Notes: generated by a model not told the origin, from the sequence alone. Shown: positions 39,378-49,337, counted from the stretch's first letter. The stretch: DNA of 64,000 bases from Alphaproteobacteria bacterium (GCA_963665325.3 OZ224045.1:416001-480000); one strand, 5' to 3'. Made by a program: numbers and translations.

Positions 39378-41738
39378 TCAGAACACATCTTCATTCTCCG
39401 CCAGGCCCGCCTCGACACTGGCGCGGCGCATGACGCGCTCAAGGCGGCGGGTTAACTCGTCTTCGTCGTCCAACGCGGCCCCCTCGATGTGGATTGTCGT
39501 GTGAAAGACGATACTCGCGCCCCGTCCGGCCTCCGTCCGCGTGGAAACCGGCCCAGCGCCAGCGCGCCCCGCCGCCTCATCCTCGTCGCGGCCTGGCGGC
39601 GCGGGCGCTGCCGGCGCCCGCGTGGTCTCGAAATGCTCGGTCAGCGCCTGCACGTCGCCGCGCAGTGCCTTGAGGTCGATCTCGGCGACATCCTCGGGCG
39701 GCGTGGCGGCGCCGGCGCGCGCGTCCTCGAACGTCCTGCCTATCCGGGCCGCCTCCTCCTGCATGGCCGCGTAATCGGACGCGGGGGCCGTCGTCGTAGC
39801 CATATCGCCTGCTTGCGGCGCAGGCGCAGCTGCTACGGCGAGCGGGGCCGCCACGACGCCGGCGGCGAGCGTCCGGCCTACCGCGCCTCTTCCGCGCCTG
39901 CGGCGGCCCGGTCGCCCGGCTGCCGGCGGCGCGTCATCGGCAGTCTCATCCGCGCTGCCGTCGCCGAACCGCCTTCCGATCCATCGCCCGAGCGCCGAGC
40001 CCTTGATGGCGTCGCCGACCTTCTTGATCCATTCCCAGAGCTTCTTGATCTTCTCCCACACCCAGCCGACCGCGTCGCCGATCGGCTCCCAGAGCGCGTA
40101 GATGATCGCGCCGGCGGCGACAAATCCCGCCACGACCAGCCCGACAGGATTGGCCAGCATCGCGGCGTTCACGACCCAGATGCCGGCCGCCAGGGCCGTC
40201 GCGCCGACGGTGAGCAGCCCGAAGCCCAGCGCCAGCGCGCCGATGAGGCGCCCGGCCCAGGGATAGCGCTCGATCAGCTCGGAGACCCGGCCCGCCTGGC
40301 GGGCGAGCCACCCCGTGGTGGCGGTGATCTGCGGCAGCAGCGTGTTGGCGAATATCTCCCCGACCTGCCGCACGTTCTGGCCGAGCATCGTCCACTGCGC
40401 AGCGCCGCCCTTCAGGAACCGTTGATACTCCTCGTCGACCAGGTTGGACTTGCCGGCCTCGACCAGATCGCGTTTGGCGATCGCCATCTTGGAGATCGCC
40501 GGCAGCAGCAGGCTGAAGCCGCGCGACCCTTCCTCGCCGACCGCCTCCTGGATCATCTGCACCAGCGCGTCCTGCTCGCTGATACGGCCGTCGGACGCGT
40601 CCACGAGCTCTTCCAGGCGCATGCGCACGTCGTCGGAGTCGATCGAGTTCTTGAAGTTCTCCAGCGTCCCGACAAGGTCCATCGCGCCGTCTTTCGTGCG
40701 CACGATCCGAAACCCGAACTCTTCGCTCGCCTTGCCCATCGTGCGCAGCATCGCGCGGAAGGCTTCGCCCGCCACCGAGCCCTGCAAGCCTGCGGAGTTG
40801 AGCTGTCCGACCACCGCCGCCATGTCTTCGAGCGGCACCTTCGCGGCGACGGCGGACGCAGAAGCGTATTTCAGTCCCTCGCCGAGCTGGCCGAAATCCC
40901 GGATCTGGTACTGGAATTGCGTCTTGGCCAGCACGTTGCCGATGCGATTCATCTTCTGCTCGACCGTGCCGGCCATGCCCTCGGCCATATTGTTGAAGGT
41001 GATGGCGAATATCTCGCCCACCTGGCCGGCGGCGCCCTTGGTGACCTTCGCAAGCCTGTGCACGCGCTCCTCGGCCGCGTCGACCGCGCCCTCGTTGAAG
41101 CCGGCCGAGTGCAGCGCGTACTGGATGTTGAGCACCTCCTCGTCGCTCGCGAGCGACGTGCGCGAGTACTCGCGGGCGCGGCCCACGGCGCGGCCCACGG
41201 CGGCGTCGCGGTCCGGTCCGGTGACGACGGTGCGGAGATACTGCGCCTGCTCCTCGCGCTCCATCGCCCCGCCGACCATGCGGGCAACGCCGTATCCGGC
41301 GCCGGCGACGCCGAGCATGCGCGCGCGCATGGAACGCAGGACGCCGCCGGCGTGGTCCCGGCGATCCATGCGCCTTTTCTGGGTGGCGATCCGCGCCTCG
41401 GTGCGCCGGAGCTCGGCCTGGAGATCGCGCTGCCGGTCGATGACGTTCCCGACGTTGATGCCGTATTTCTGTGCCGCCTTGCTTGCGCCGGCATAGGCGG
41501 CCTTCGCCTCGGCCAGCATCTTGTCGGCGGAGGCGCCGACCTTTCTATGATGCTCCCGGACCTCGGCGAGCTTGCGCTGGTGCTTGATAAGCCCGCCGGC
41601 GACGCGGAACTCCTGGTCCGTCCGCTTGAAGGTGTCGCCGAGCTGGCGGAGCCGGCCCGTCGCGTCCCTGACGGAGCGGCGGTAGGCCGAGTCTACCCGC
41701 GCGCCGATCCGGAGGCCTACCTCGAGGTCGGCGGCCAT
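39378..41738 (-). CDS. phage tail tape measure protein
   Basis: Ala/Gly-rich helical protein; LG....Y, GLQGS.AG, ANPVGLVV motifs; follows gpE. Confidence 0.9.
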   Translation of the reverse strand: MAADLEVGLRIGARVDSAYRRSVRDATGRLRQLGDTFKRTDQEFRVAGGLIKHQRKLAEVREHHRKVGASADKMLAEAKAAYAGASKAAQKYGINVGNVIDRQRDLQAELRRTEARIATQKRRMDRRDHAGGVLRSMRARMLGVAGAGYGVARMVGGAMEREEQAQYLRTVVTGPDRDAAVGRAVGRAREYSRTSLASDEEVLNIQYALHSAGFNEGAVDAAEERVHRLAKVTKGAAGQVGEIFAITFNNMAEGMAGTVEQKMNRIGNVLAKTQFQYQIRDFGQLGEGLKYASASAVAAKVPLEDMAAVVGQLNSAGLQGSVAGEAFRAMLRTMGKASEEFGFRIVRTKDGAMDLVGTLENFKNSIDSDDVRMRLEELVDASDGRISEQDALVQMIQEAVGEEGSRGFSLLLPAISKMAIAKRDLVEAGKSNLVDEEYQRFLKGGAAQWTMLGQNVRQVGEIFANTLLPQITATTGWLARQAGRVSELIERYPWAGRLIGALALGFGLLTVGATALAAGIWVVNAAMLANPVGLVVAGFVAAGAIIYALWEPIGDAVGWVWEKIKKLWEWIKKVGDAIKGSALGRWIGRRFGDGSADETADDAPPAAGRPGRRRRGRGAVGRTLAAGVVAAPLAVAAAPAPQAGDMATTTAPASDYAAMQEEAARIGRTFEDARAGAATPPEDVAEIDLKALRGDVQALTEHFETTRAPAAPAPPGRDEDEAAGRAGAGPVSTRTEAGRGASIVFHTTIHIEGAALDDEDELTRRLERVMRRASVEAGLAENEDVF

Positions 41739-41741
41739 GCG

Positions 41742-41897
41742 CTAACGCCTCGGGTAGAGCGCCTTCGCCAGACGCCCCGCCTCATCCGTCCACAGCAGAA
41801 GCTCTTCCATGTCCATATCGTCGAGATCCCCGACCGGGATGTGCAGCATGTGCGCGACGAGCGCCATCGCGCGGCGCGTCTCGGAAGGGCTCAGGAC
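41742..41897 (-). CDS. gpE' (GpE family) extension expressed via -1 frameshift
   Basis: MALVAHMLH.P..DLDDM.MEELL.W...A in the -1 frame after TTTTTTG. Confidence 0.75.
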   Translation of the reverse strand, partial: VLSPSETRRAMALVAHMLHIPVGDLDDMDMEELLLWTDEAGRLAKALYPRR

Positions 41898-42136
41898 AAA
41901 AAACGCTGATACACGTCCTGGAGCCGCACATAGTCGGCCATGTCGAGCTCCTCGATCACGTCCGGCGGGACCTCGCACAGGTTCGAGAACATCCGGAACT
42001 CGCTGTCGGCCGCGGAGCCGCCGCCGCGCTGCGCATCGCGCGAGTCCCGCGCCTTCGGGCGGCGCATGGACAGCTCGCTGTATTCCACGCCCTGATGCGT
42101 GACGGGACGCTGGAGCGTGACCGTTTCCTTCTCCAT
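41891..42136 (-). CDS. tail assembly chaperone (gpE/gp41-like)
   Basis: L.MRRPK.RD, NLC, ELDMADY..LQ..Y..FL; GGAGGAAG RBS. Confidence 0.9.
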   Translation of the reverse strand: MEKETVTLQRPVTHQGVEYSELSMRRPKARDSRDAQRGGGSAADSEFRMFSNLCEVPPDVIEELDMADYVRLQDVYQRFLS

Positions 42137-42151
42137 GGGACTTCCTCCTCC

Positions 42152-42655
42152 CTAGATGCCGAGCGCGGCGCGCTGTTCGGCGAGCCGGTCCGTGCCGTTG
42201 ACCATGCGGATCATGTTGTCGACGTCGATCTCGATGAGCGCCTGGCCGTCATGCTCATACTTGTAATAGCGCACGGCCATGGAGCATTTGAGCGGGACCT
42301 TCTCGCCGGTCTTCCAGGTGCCGTAATCGACCTCCTTCAGCTGCCCGCGCAACTGCGCGACGACGGGCGTGACGGCGCCGTCCTCGCTCTCCAGCGCGCC
42401 CCGGACAGTGAGCGGCACCAGATTGCCCGGCGCCAGGCCCCAGGACCGCATCAGCTCGGCGTCGATGTTCGAGGTCGAGAAGTCGGCCTCGAGCTTCTCG
42501 AGGCCCATGTCGATCTCCGCCGGCGCGTCCATGCCGCCGTCCCGGTGCTCCTCCATCTTCACGGTGAGCTTGGGCAAGTTGACCTCCATCACCTGGCCGG
42601 CGTAGCCGCGCCCGTCGACGAACAGGTTCACGTTCTTCAGGACGTTGACGATCAT
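42152..42655 (-). CDS. major tail tube protein (FII)
   Basis: LKN.NLFVDG.GYAG, LPKL, GGMD, EID..N.IR.V.G.D.L. Confidence 0.93.
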   Translation of the reverse strand: MIVNVLKNVNLFVDGRGYAGQVMEVNLPKLTVKMEEHRDGGMDAPAEIDMGLEKLEADFSTSNIDAELMRSWGLAPGNLVPLTVRGALESEDGAVTPVVAQLRGQLKEVDYGTWKTGEKVPLKCSMAVRYYKYEHDGQALIEIDVDNMIRMVNGTDRLAEQRAALGI

Positions 42656-44334
42656 GCCGCTTCCTCCTCATCGGTGTCTTCATCCTCCTCGGCCGCGCCG
42701 AGGATGGTGTCAAGATAGTCGTTGGTGAGCCGCGAGCGGAACGTGACGCGCTCGGCAGGCGGCGGCGGGGTGAAGTCGATATCGAAATACACCCGGCCCG
42801 CCGCGAGCGTATCCGCCGTGTTGAGCTCGGGCGAGGGGATGCAGCTGCCGCCCAGCAGCGCGCCGAGGCCGACGAGCTCGCGGATATAGGCGTTCACGCC
42901 TTCCGCCACATCGTCGAAATAGGTCTTCGTGATGTTGCGGTCGACGGCCCAGAGATGCGAGCGCAGCAGGCTCTCGTTCAGGATGTCGGCAGTGCGCACA
43001 ACCGACAGGAACGCCCACTTGGCGTCGGACGAGCAGGTGCGGTTGCCCCAGAGCCGGTAGCCGCGCTCCCGGATGATGGTCGCGACCTCGCTCTCGTTGA
43101 GTAGGTTCGCGCGCGCGTTCGGATCGCCGAGCGCGAAGTCGATGGGCCTGGCCGTCCCGACGATGCCCCTGATCTGCCGGTTCGACGGGCTCCACCAGAA
43201 GCCCCGCTCGGCATCGCTGCGCGCGATGACGCCGGCGACATAGGCCGAGTTCGGCGCGGAGACCGGATCGCCGCCATCGGGGTCGGCGACCTGGACGTCG
43301 GGGTCAACGAGGTAGGCGCGACGGCTGCCGAACTCCCCGCGATAGCTTATCGCCTGCGAGTCCGTGACGCTGGGTCCCTCGATCGGCGTGACCGCGCGCA
43401 GCCGGTCCGCCGCCGCGATCAGCGCGGCAGCCACGCTCTCCGTGTCGGAGTAGCCGGGCGCGATCAGGATTTTCGGGGTCTGCCCCACGGCGCTCTGGGA
43501 GCCGAGCAACGCGCTCACGCCGGTGTAGGCGTCGGTGCCGGAGTCGACCCCGCCCACGATGTCCGGCGCCGTGATCGCTGCCGCGTCAGGCCGGTCGTAG
43601 GAGATGTTGAGCCACTCGTCGGAGTCGATATCGGCGCCGACTCGCGACAACACGCCGGTGTCGGCATTATACGCGTACTGGCCCGCCGCGCGGGTGACCT
43701 CATCGGCCTCCGGATCGGCGACGCCAGACGCCCAGACGCCGTAAACGACGATGCCGCCCGTGCGGTGCTGAACTTCGGCGTAGGAGTTGGCCCCCGGGGT
43801 GATCGCGACCTTCTCGCGATAGCGCGTGGCGCCGTTCGAGTATTCGACGACGGCGGCATCGGTGAGCGCCGTCCAGACCGTGCTGGCGCTCACCCTCGAA
43901 AGACGGCCCTCGTTGGTTGTGCCCGCGGCGGCGAGCGTATAGTCCGTCGTCTCTACCGCCGCGCCCGAGGCCGGCTCGGATTTCACGACGAGGCTTGCGG
44001 CGTATTTGTGCGCGAGCGTCACGCTGCCGTTCTGCAGCTCGTAGAGCCGCGCGGGTACTGCCGCCTTGTCGACGTCCGGGTCGAGCACGTTGACAACGAC
44101 CACCGCCGCGCCCGTCTGCGCGAAGATCGCCTCGAGCGCGTCCGGGATCGTGCCGACGCCGGCGCCGAAGACCTCGGTGCCCTTGGTGCGCGAGCCCGAG
44201 ATCAGCGTCGGCGTGTTGATCGGCCCCTTCGGCGCCGAGCCGACGAGGCCGATGACGGCGCTCTTGACGGTACGGATCGGGCGCAGGCCCGACTGGATTT
44301 CTACGACTTCAACGCCGTGGAGAAAGTCTGTCAT
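42652..44334 (-). CDS. tail sheath protein (FI) with internal insertion
   Basis: FLHGVEVVE, PKILIAPG, GFWWSPSN, GYRLWGNRT, F.SV.RT.D. Confidence 0.94.
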   Translation of the reverse strand: MTDFLHGVEVVEIQSGLRPIRTVKSAVIGLVGSAPKGPINTPTLISGSRTKGTEVFGAGVGTIPDALEAIFAQTGAAVVVVNVLDPDVDKAAVPARLYELQNGSVTLAHKYAASLVVKSEPASGAAVETTDYTLAAAGTTNEGRLSRVSASTVWTALTDAAVVEYSNGATRYREKVAITPGANSYAEVQHRTGGIVVYGVWASGVADPEADEVTRAAGQYAYNADTGVLSRVGADIDSDEWLNISYDRPDAAAITAPDIVGGVDSGTDAYTGVSALLGSQSAVGQTPKILIAPGYSDTESVAAALIAAADRLRAVTPIEGPSVTDSQAISYRGEFGSRRAYLVDPDVQVADPDGGDPVSAPNSAYVAGVIARSDAERGFWWSPSNRQIRGIVGTARPIDFALGDPNARANLLNESEVATIIRERGYRLWGNRTCSSDAKWAFLSVVRTADILNESLLRSHLWAVDRNITKTYFDDVAEGVNAYIRELVGLGALLGGSCIPSPELNTADTLAAGRVYFDIDFTPPPPAERVTFRSRLTNDYLDTILGAAEEDEDTDEEEAA

Positions 44335-44387
44335 TTGGTGCCTCCTTTGTTTGCCTTAAGCGGACGCCGCTGGTGGCCATCGAGTTC

Positions 44388-46319
44388 CTAGCCTAACGGG
44401 GCGGCCATCAGGTAAGAGCCCTTGCGCAGAGTCAGGGAAACTGGAGCGTTGATGGTTTCAACAGAGTATGTGACTTCCTCCAGCGTGTTCGGCTTGTCGA
44501 CCCAATCCTCGAAGTTTGAGGGGTAGGCACTTCCTTCCCCGAACAGAATGCCGGATGCCGGGTCAATCAGCGTTGTGGAGTTTCGTTTCAATCGGAGGCT
44601 GCCGCCGTGGCTTCCGGTAAACATTGCAAGTACATTCAACTTGATTGCCGAGTCCATTCTCGGCGGCGTGATGGATACCGACAAAACGGTTCCAATCGCG
44701 GTCACCGCCTCGTCGGCGGCCTTGATATCGGCCTTTACCGAGTCCGGCATAACAAACGCCGTTATCGACGAACCGGGGAGAATTTGCCGGTCATACCGTG
44801 CGTCCGTCTCCTTCGCCTGCATCTTGTAAGTCGGCGTTCCCGCGCCCGGCTTGTCCAGCAGCAGTTGGCGGCGCCAAGCAACCCCGTCCTCGTGATCCCA
44901 GCGGAATTCAGGGGCGATGTCTGTATTTCCCCGCCGGAAGCGAACCACCGCAGGATAAGGCGGCGCAGTGCGACGGCTGGCCCCAATACTCGTCAGCAAC
45001 CCCACGATTTGATCGGCCTTTACAGCGCCGGACATCTGGCCGCTGATTGCATCCGCCCATCCCAGCGTAAGGTTCAGGGCAGCGGTGCGGCTAAAAAAAG
45101 AAATGCTCCCTACCCCCCCTGCCGCGATGGCCGCTTTCATCCCCGCCGGCGTCACTGCCCTTTCGCTGTCGGTTCCGGTGATCACCTCGGCATTTGTCGC
45201 CAGCTCGACGATGCCGCGCACCGATGTCGACGCGTTCGGGACCCGCGCCGCCAGCCCGGCCGGCGTCACGGCGCGCTCGGTATCGGTGCCGGTCTTTGCC
45301 TCGGTAGTGGTGGCGAGCTCGACGAGCCCGCGTACCGACGCCGACGCGTTCGGGGTGCGCCCTGCCAGCCCCGCCGGCGTGACGGCCCGCGCGCTGTCGG
45401 TGCCGGTCTTTGCCTCGGTCGCGGTCGCCAACTCGACGACGCCCTTCCGGCTCGTGGTCGCCGTGCGCGAGGCGAGCCCGGCCGGCGTCACGGCCCGCTC
45501 GGTATCGGTGCCGGTCTGAACCTCCGTGTTGGTGGCAAGCTCCACCAGGCCGCGCCGCGTGGTCGTGGCATTGGGCGGGGCGGCAGAGGCGGGGATCTGG
45601 CCGATCCGCGCCTCCAGCCCGGCCGGCGTCACGGCGCGCTCGGTATCGGTGCCGGTCTGAACCTCCGTGTTGGTGGCAAGCTCCACCAGGCCGCGCCGCG
45701 TGGTCGTGGCATTGGGCGGGGCGGCAGAGGCGGGGATCTGGCCGATCCGCGCCTCCAGCCCGGCCGGCGTCACGGCGCGCTCGGTATCGGTGCCGGTACG
45801 CGCCTCGGTAGTGGTGGCGAGCTCGACTATGCCGCGCGCTTCCGTCGTCGCGTGATCCGTTTTCAGCACCACATTGTCCGGCACGCCGACGGAGATGTTG
45901 ACCGCCGGCGTGACGGTGATGGCGGCGCTCGAGGCCTCGATCGCGATGAGGCCGGCGACGATGAGCGCCGTGTCTGCAGCCGCGCTGGCGAGCGCGCCGT
46001 TCGCGTCCTCCGCGACCCAATAGGCCGCGAGGAACTCGGCGCCGGCGCCGATCCGCGCGAACAGGCCGGCCTCGGTAACGATGAAGTTCTCGGTCGGGCT
46101 GTAGTCGGCGCGGATGGCGATGCGCGTGTCTCCGCTCGCCTGGCCGGTGACGTCCGCGATCGCCTTCTGGTCGATCAGCGCGGTCCGCGCCGACTGGTCG
46201 CCCGTTCCGGTGCCGGCGCCGACGGCGAGCTTCGTGAACCGGACCGCCGACGTGCCGATATTGGAGGCGTCCGCGATCGCGGCGAGGCCGGCGGCCGTCA
46301 TGGCGAGATGCATGGTCAT
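44388..46319 (-). CDS. tail fibre protein
   Basis: P2 gpH-like N-terminus (T.AG...., E.GLF), repeated 'ATT..RG.VELAT..E..TGTD..RAVTPAGL' units, divergent C-terminal domain. Confidence 0.88.
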   Translation of the reverse strand: MTMHLAMTAAGLAAIADASNIGTSAVRFTKLAVGAGTGTGDQSARTALIDQKAIADVTGQASGDTRIAIRADYSPTENFIVTEAGLFARIGAGAEFLAAYWVAEDANGALASAAADTALIVAGLIAIEASSAAITVTPAVNISVGVPDNVVLKTDHATTEARGIVELATTTEARTGTDTERAVTPAGLEARIGQIPASAAPPNATTTRRGLVELATNTEVQTGTDTERAVTPAGLEARIGQIPASAAPPNATTTRRGLVELATNTEVQTGTDTERAVTPAGLASRTATTSRKGVVELATATEAKTGTDSARAVTPAGLAGRTPNASASVRGLVELATTTEAKTGTDTERAVTPAGLAARVPNASTSVRGIVELATNAEVITGTDSERAVTPAGMKAAIAAGGVGSISFFSRTAALNLTLGWADAISGQMSGAVKADQIVGLLTSIGASRRTAPPYPAVVRFRRGNTDIAPEFRWDHEDGVAWRRQLLLDKPGAGTPTYKMQAKETDARYDRQILPGSSITAFVMPDSVKADIKAADEAVTAIGTVLSVSITPPRMDSAIKLNVLAMFTGSHGGSLRLKRNSTTLIDPASGILFGEGSAYPSNFEDWVDKPNTLEEVTYSVETINAPVSLTLRKGSYLMAAPLG

Positions 46320-46864
46320 GCTGCACCCTCGTTGATCGTGAGCGCGATGTCGGCGACCTGGACGCCCGCGGAAGCCACTCCGACGCCGATGACCGTAGTG
46401 CCGAGCGAGGAAGCCACGGACAGCAGGTAGTGCGTCGAGAACCGCTTGGCGTCGTCGATATATTCCTTGATGGCGGCGGTGTCGGTCGTGCCGAGCAGCG
46501 TGTTGGAGTTCAGTATCGAGACGGCGATCGTGTGCGCGGCCCCTTCCGGGCGCTCGCTCAGATCGTAGACCGCACCGATATCGTCGAGCGCGCGGCGAAC
46601 CGCAGCGAGCGTGCCGCGCCGGCGGTGCGTTTCGAGCGCCCGGCGCACCACGCCGCGCTGCACCGCTTCGGGCCATGTCGGGTCCCAGCGTTTCACGCCG
46701 AGCCCCCAGGCCAGCCAGGGCAGCGCTTGGACAGGGCACTCACCGGGCCGCCATAGCTTGTCGACCGGCACCTCGCGTTCATCGACGTCGCCGTACCGCG
46801 CCATCGACTGCTCAAGCGCGCCCTCGATCGGCGAGGCATTGGGCGGAAGGAGCGCTACCGCCAT
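46316..46864 (-). CDS. phage tail protein I
   Basis: LLPPNA, LW.P..CP...LPWLAW, W...WPE, H.R.GT...VR. Confidence 0.92.
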   Translation of the reverse strand: MAVALLPPNASPIEGALEQSMARYGDVDEREVPVDKLWRPGECPVQALPWLAWGLGVKRWDPTWPEAVQRGVVRRALETHRRRGTLAAVRRALDDIGAVYDLSERPEGAAHTIAVSILNSNTLLGTTDTAAIKEYIDDAKRFSTHYLLSVASSLGTTVIGVGVASAGVQVADIALTINEGAA

Positions 46865-46865
46865 G

Positions 46866-47840
46866 TCAGCCCACCGTCACGGCAAGGCCGTCCGCCGGCG
46901 CGGTGGCCGGGTTCCGGTAGCCGTGCATTCCGCCCGAGAGATCCTCCGCGCCGGCGCCGCCCGCTATCGAGTCGACCTGCGCCGGCCAGAGCGCCGCCAC
47001 GTTCCGCCAGGCCGTCGGCGCCGCCGCGATCTCGGTCGGGCCGAGCTTGTCGTGCGCCAGCTTCGTCGATCCCCAGTAGAAGTCGGCAGTCGCGCTTATC
47101 ACGCCGGGGACATGGGCGGCGCCCAGGACGGCGCTCTTGTAGATCGTGGCGCCGACCCGGTGCCGGTCGAGCAGGTAGGCGAGGATGGCGCGCTCGGCGG
47201 CGGCCTGGACCAGCGTCCTGTCCGGGCCGTCGCCAACGGTGAGCGCGACCTGCAGCTGGTAGACGATGTTCCGCGCCGCGAGCACCGTCACCGCATCGGT
47301 GAGCGGGCGGACGCTGGCGCTGGAAAGCGCGGCAAGGACCCTGGCGACCAGCGCCGCGCCCGGAAGCCCGTCGGCATTGTCGCCGCCGATCAGGACGAGC
47401 TGGACCGTGCCGGCCGTGTCGGAGGTGATATCGACGCTCTTGACGCGCGGATCGGCCGAGAGCGCGTGGAACTCGTAGCCGCCCCTCGGCCCGGCGACGG
47501 AGAGCGCCTCGAGCGACAGCCGGAAGCGCTGCAACAGGCGCTCGTCGCTCTCTGCCGCCTGGCGCACCACGCCATTCAGCGCGACCAGATGCTCGAGGTC
47601 CGCGCCGCGGGCGAAGGCGAGAATGTTCGCCTTGGCCGCCTCGTTGATGCGGTTGCGCAGCAGCAGCTCGCGGTAGGCGGCGACCTCCAGCAGCTTCAGC
47701 GCCGGGTCGCTCTCGACCCAGGCCGTATAGTCCGTGTAGCGGCCCCGGAAGTCCGCCACGATCTCCGCCAGGATCGTCTCGAAATCCAGCGGCTCGACGA
47801 CGGTCGGCGCGGGCAGCTGCGAGAGGTCGATCTCGGGCAT
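46866..47840 (-). CDS. baseplate J protein
   Basis: IDLSQLPAP.VVE.LDFE, ESDP..KLLE..AYRE, SVAGP...Y..HALSAD, RPLTD.V. Confidence 0.94.
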   Translation of the reverse strand: MPEIDLSQLPAPTVVEPLDFETILAEIVADFRGRYTDYTAWVESDPALKLLEVAAYRELLLRNRINEAAKANILAFARGADLEHLVALNGVVRQAAESDERLLQRFRLSLEALSVAGPRGGYEFHALSADPRVKSVDITSDTAGTVQLVLIGGDNADGLPGAALVARVLAALSSASVRPLTDAVTVLAARNIVYQLQVALTVGDGPDRTLVQAAAERAILAYLLDRHRVGATIYKSAVLGAAHVPGVISATADFYWGSTKLAHDKLGPTEIAAAPTAWRNVAALWPAQVDSIAGGAGAEDLSGGMHGYRNPATAPADGLAVTVG

Positions 47841-48178
47841 CAGACGGTGACTCCATCGACGGTGACCGGGGTGCCCTCCGGCAGGCGCTCGCCGTCGAGG
47901 TCGAGCGAGACCTGCCCGCCGGCAGTGGCGGCGGCGACCCGGACCCGGAGCAGGCGGAACCGCGGCTCCCAGCGGTCGAGCGCCTCCGCCGAGGCCGCCA
48001 CGATCGCGGCGATCGTTTCGGCGTTCAGCGGCGCGTCGACGAGCTCGAACAGGCGCGAGCCGTAGGTGCGGCGCATCACCCGCGAGCCGAGCGGCGTGGT
48101 GAGGACGTCGCGCACGGACTGGCGCAGATGCGCCTCGCCGCTCGTCCTCAGCCCCGTCTGTGCGTCGATGCCCCGCAT
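47840..48178 (-). CDS. baseplate wedge protein gpW/gp25
   Basis: HLRQSV.D.LTTP.GSRVMRR.YGS, WEPR. Confidence 0.94.
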   Translation of the reverse strand: MRGIDAQTGLRTSGEAHLRQSVRDVLTTPLGSRVMRRTYGSRLFELVDAPLNAETIAAIVAASAEALDRWEPRFRLLRVRVAAATAGGQVSLDLDGERLPEGTPVTVDGVTV

Positions 48179-48184
48179 GGCGCG

Positions 48185-48367
48185 TTATCCCTTCTTCCGC
48201 CGCGTGCGCGCAGGCGGGGCTTCTTCGGTTTCCTCGCGCCCGATCCAGCCCCGGATGAGCGGGTATTTCGCGGCCCGCGCGCTGAGCGTCAGCCGGTCGC
48301 CCTCGCGCAAGGGGCGCGGGTGGCCGGTGATCACACAGTCTTTAAGCACGATGTAATCATTCTTCAT
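48185..48367 (-). CDS. small hypothetical phage protein
   Basis: MKNDYIVLKD...GD.L.L....AKY; AAGGA RBS; fills the gap in the operon. Confidence 0.6.
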   Translation of the reverse strand: MKNDYIVLKDCVITGHPRPLREGDRLTLSARAAKYPLIRGWIGREETEEAPPARTRRKKG

Positions 48368-48380
48368 AAACGGGTTCCTT

Positions 48381-49337
48381 TCAGCCGCGGGTGAAGGTGA
48401 ATGTGGCCGCGACGTTGCGGCGCGAGGAGATGGCGTTGAAGAATGTCTGCAGCGCCGCCGAGTTGTCCGGGACCCACGAATAAGGCTCCGAGGTATCGGC
48501 GCCGCCGATGCCGGACACGGTGACGCTGCCGAACTCGGTGGCGATGGTGAGCGAGATCTCGCCGCGCACGTCGGCGAGGAGGTCGTTCCGCCCTCTGCCG
48601 ATGTCGATCTGCAGCGCCCCGCCGAGCACGGCCGCATCGATCCGCACACTGAGCAGGCGCAGGTCGGCCCCAGGGGCGCCCCACGCGGGCGGGAGCGCGC
48701 CGAATGTGCCATTCCACGACACCAGGAACCCCGGCGCGGCGACGTAGGCTGAGCCGGGCGCGGTGAGGATGGCCTCGTCGGCCCGCGGCGTGCCCGTCAC
48801 GGCCGCCGACGGCGCCCCGTCGCCGGCGGTTGCCCGGGTGGCGATCACGCGCACCGTGTATTCGGTGCCGATGACCAGGTCCGGGATCGTCCAGGACGTC
48901 CCGGTCACCACGGCCTGACGGGCCGCATCCCAGTCCTGGTCGCCGGACTTCCACTGCACCTTGTAGCTGTCGGCGAGCTGCACGGCGTCCCACGACACCG
49001 CGAGCGCGCCCGTCACGGGCGTCACCGTTGGCGCGGACACCCGGCCCGGAGGCACATCCGGGTCGACCGGCGTAACGGTGATGGTGACGCCGGTACTCGA
49101 TACCGCTCCGTGCCCGCAGGTGGCGGAATCGCCCTGGATGACGATCGGCACGCCGTTGATATTCGTGCTCGGCGACGCGGTCATGCTTGCGGAGCAGTGC
49201 ACGGGCACGCGGGGGCAGGGCGGGTGCGATGCGACGGCGTCGCCGCGCAGCGCCACCGGGACGCCGCCGATCGTCGTCGCCGCGCTTGCCATGATCGCGC
49301 CGCCCGCGACATCGCCCCTGACGCATACCTGGCTCAC
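48381..49337 (-). CDS. PAAR-like spike-tip protein fused to a fibronectin type III domain and an unknown C-terminal domain
   Basis: V.VRGD.AGG, G.PVA..GD.V.SH..C..H, INGVP....GD.ATCGH; then VSW.AV..A.SYKVQWKSG...TIPDL..GTEYTVRVIA; GTG overlaps gpV stop. Confidence 0.82.
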   Translation of the reverse strand: MSQVCVRGDVAGGAIMASAATTIGGVPVALRGDAVASHPPCPRVPVHCSASMTASPSTNINGVPIVIQGDSATCGHGAVSSTGVTITVTPVDPDVPPGRVSAPTVTPVTGALAVSWDAVQLADSYKVQWKSGDQDWDAARQAVVTGTSWTIPDLVIGTEYTVRVIATRATAGDGAPSAAVTGTPRADEAILTAPGSAYVAAPGFLVSWNGTFGALPPAWGAPGADLRLLSVRIDAAVLGGALQIDIGRGRNDLLADVRGEISLTIATEFGSVTVSGIGGADTSEPYSWVPDNSAALQTFFNAISSRRNVAATFTFTRG

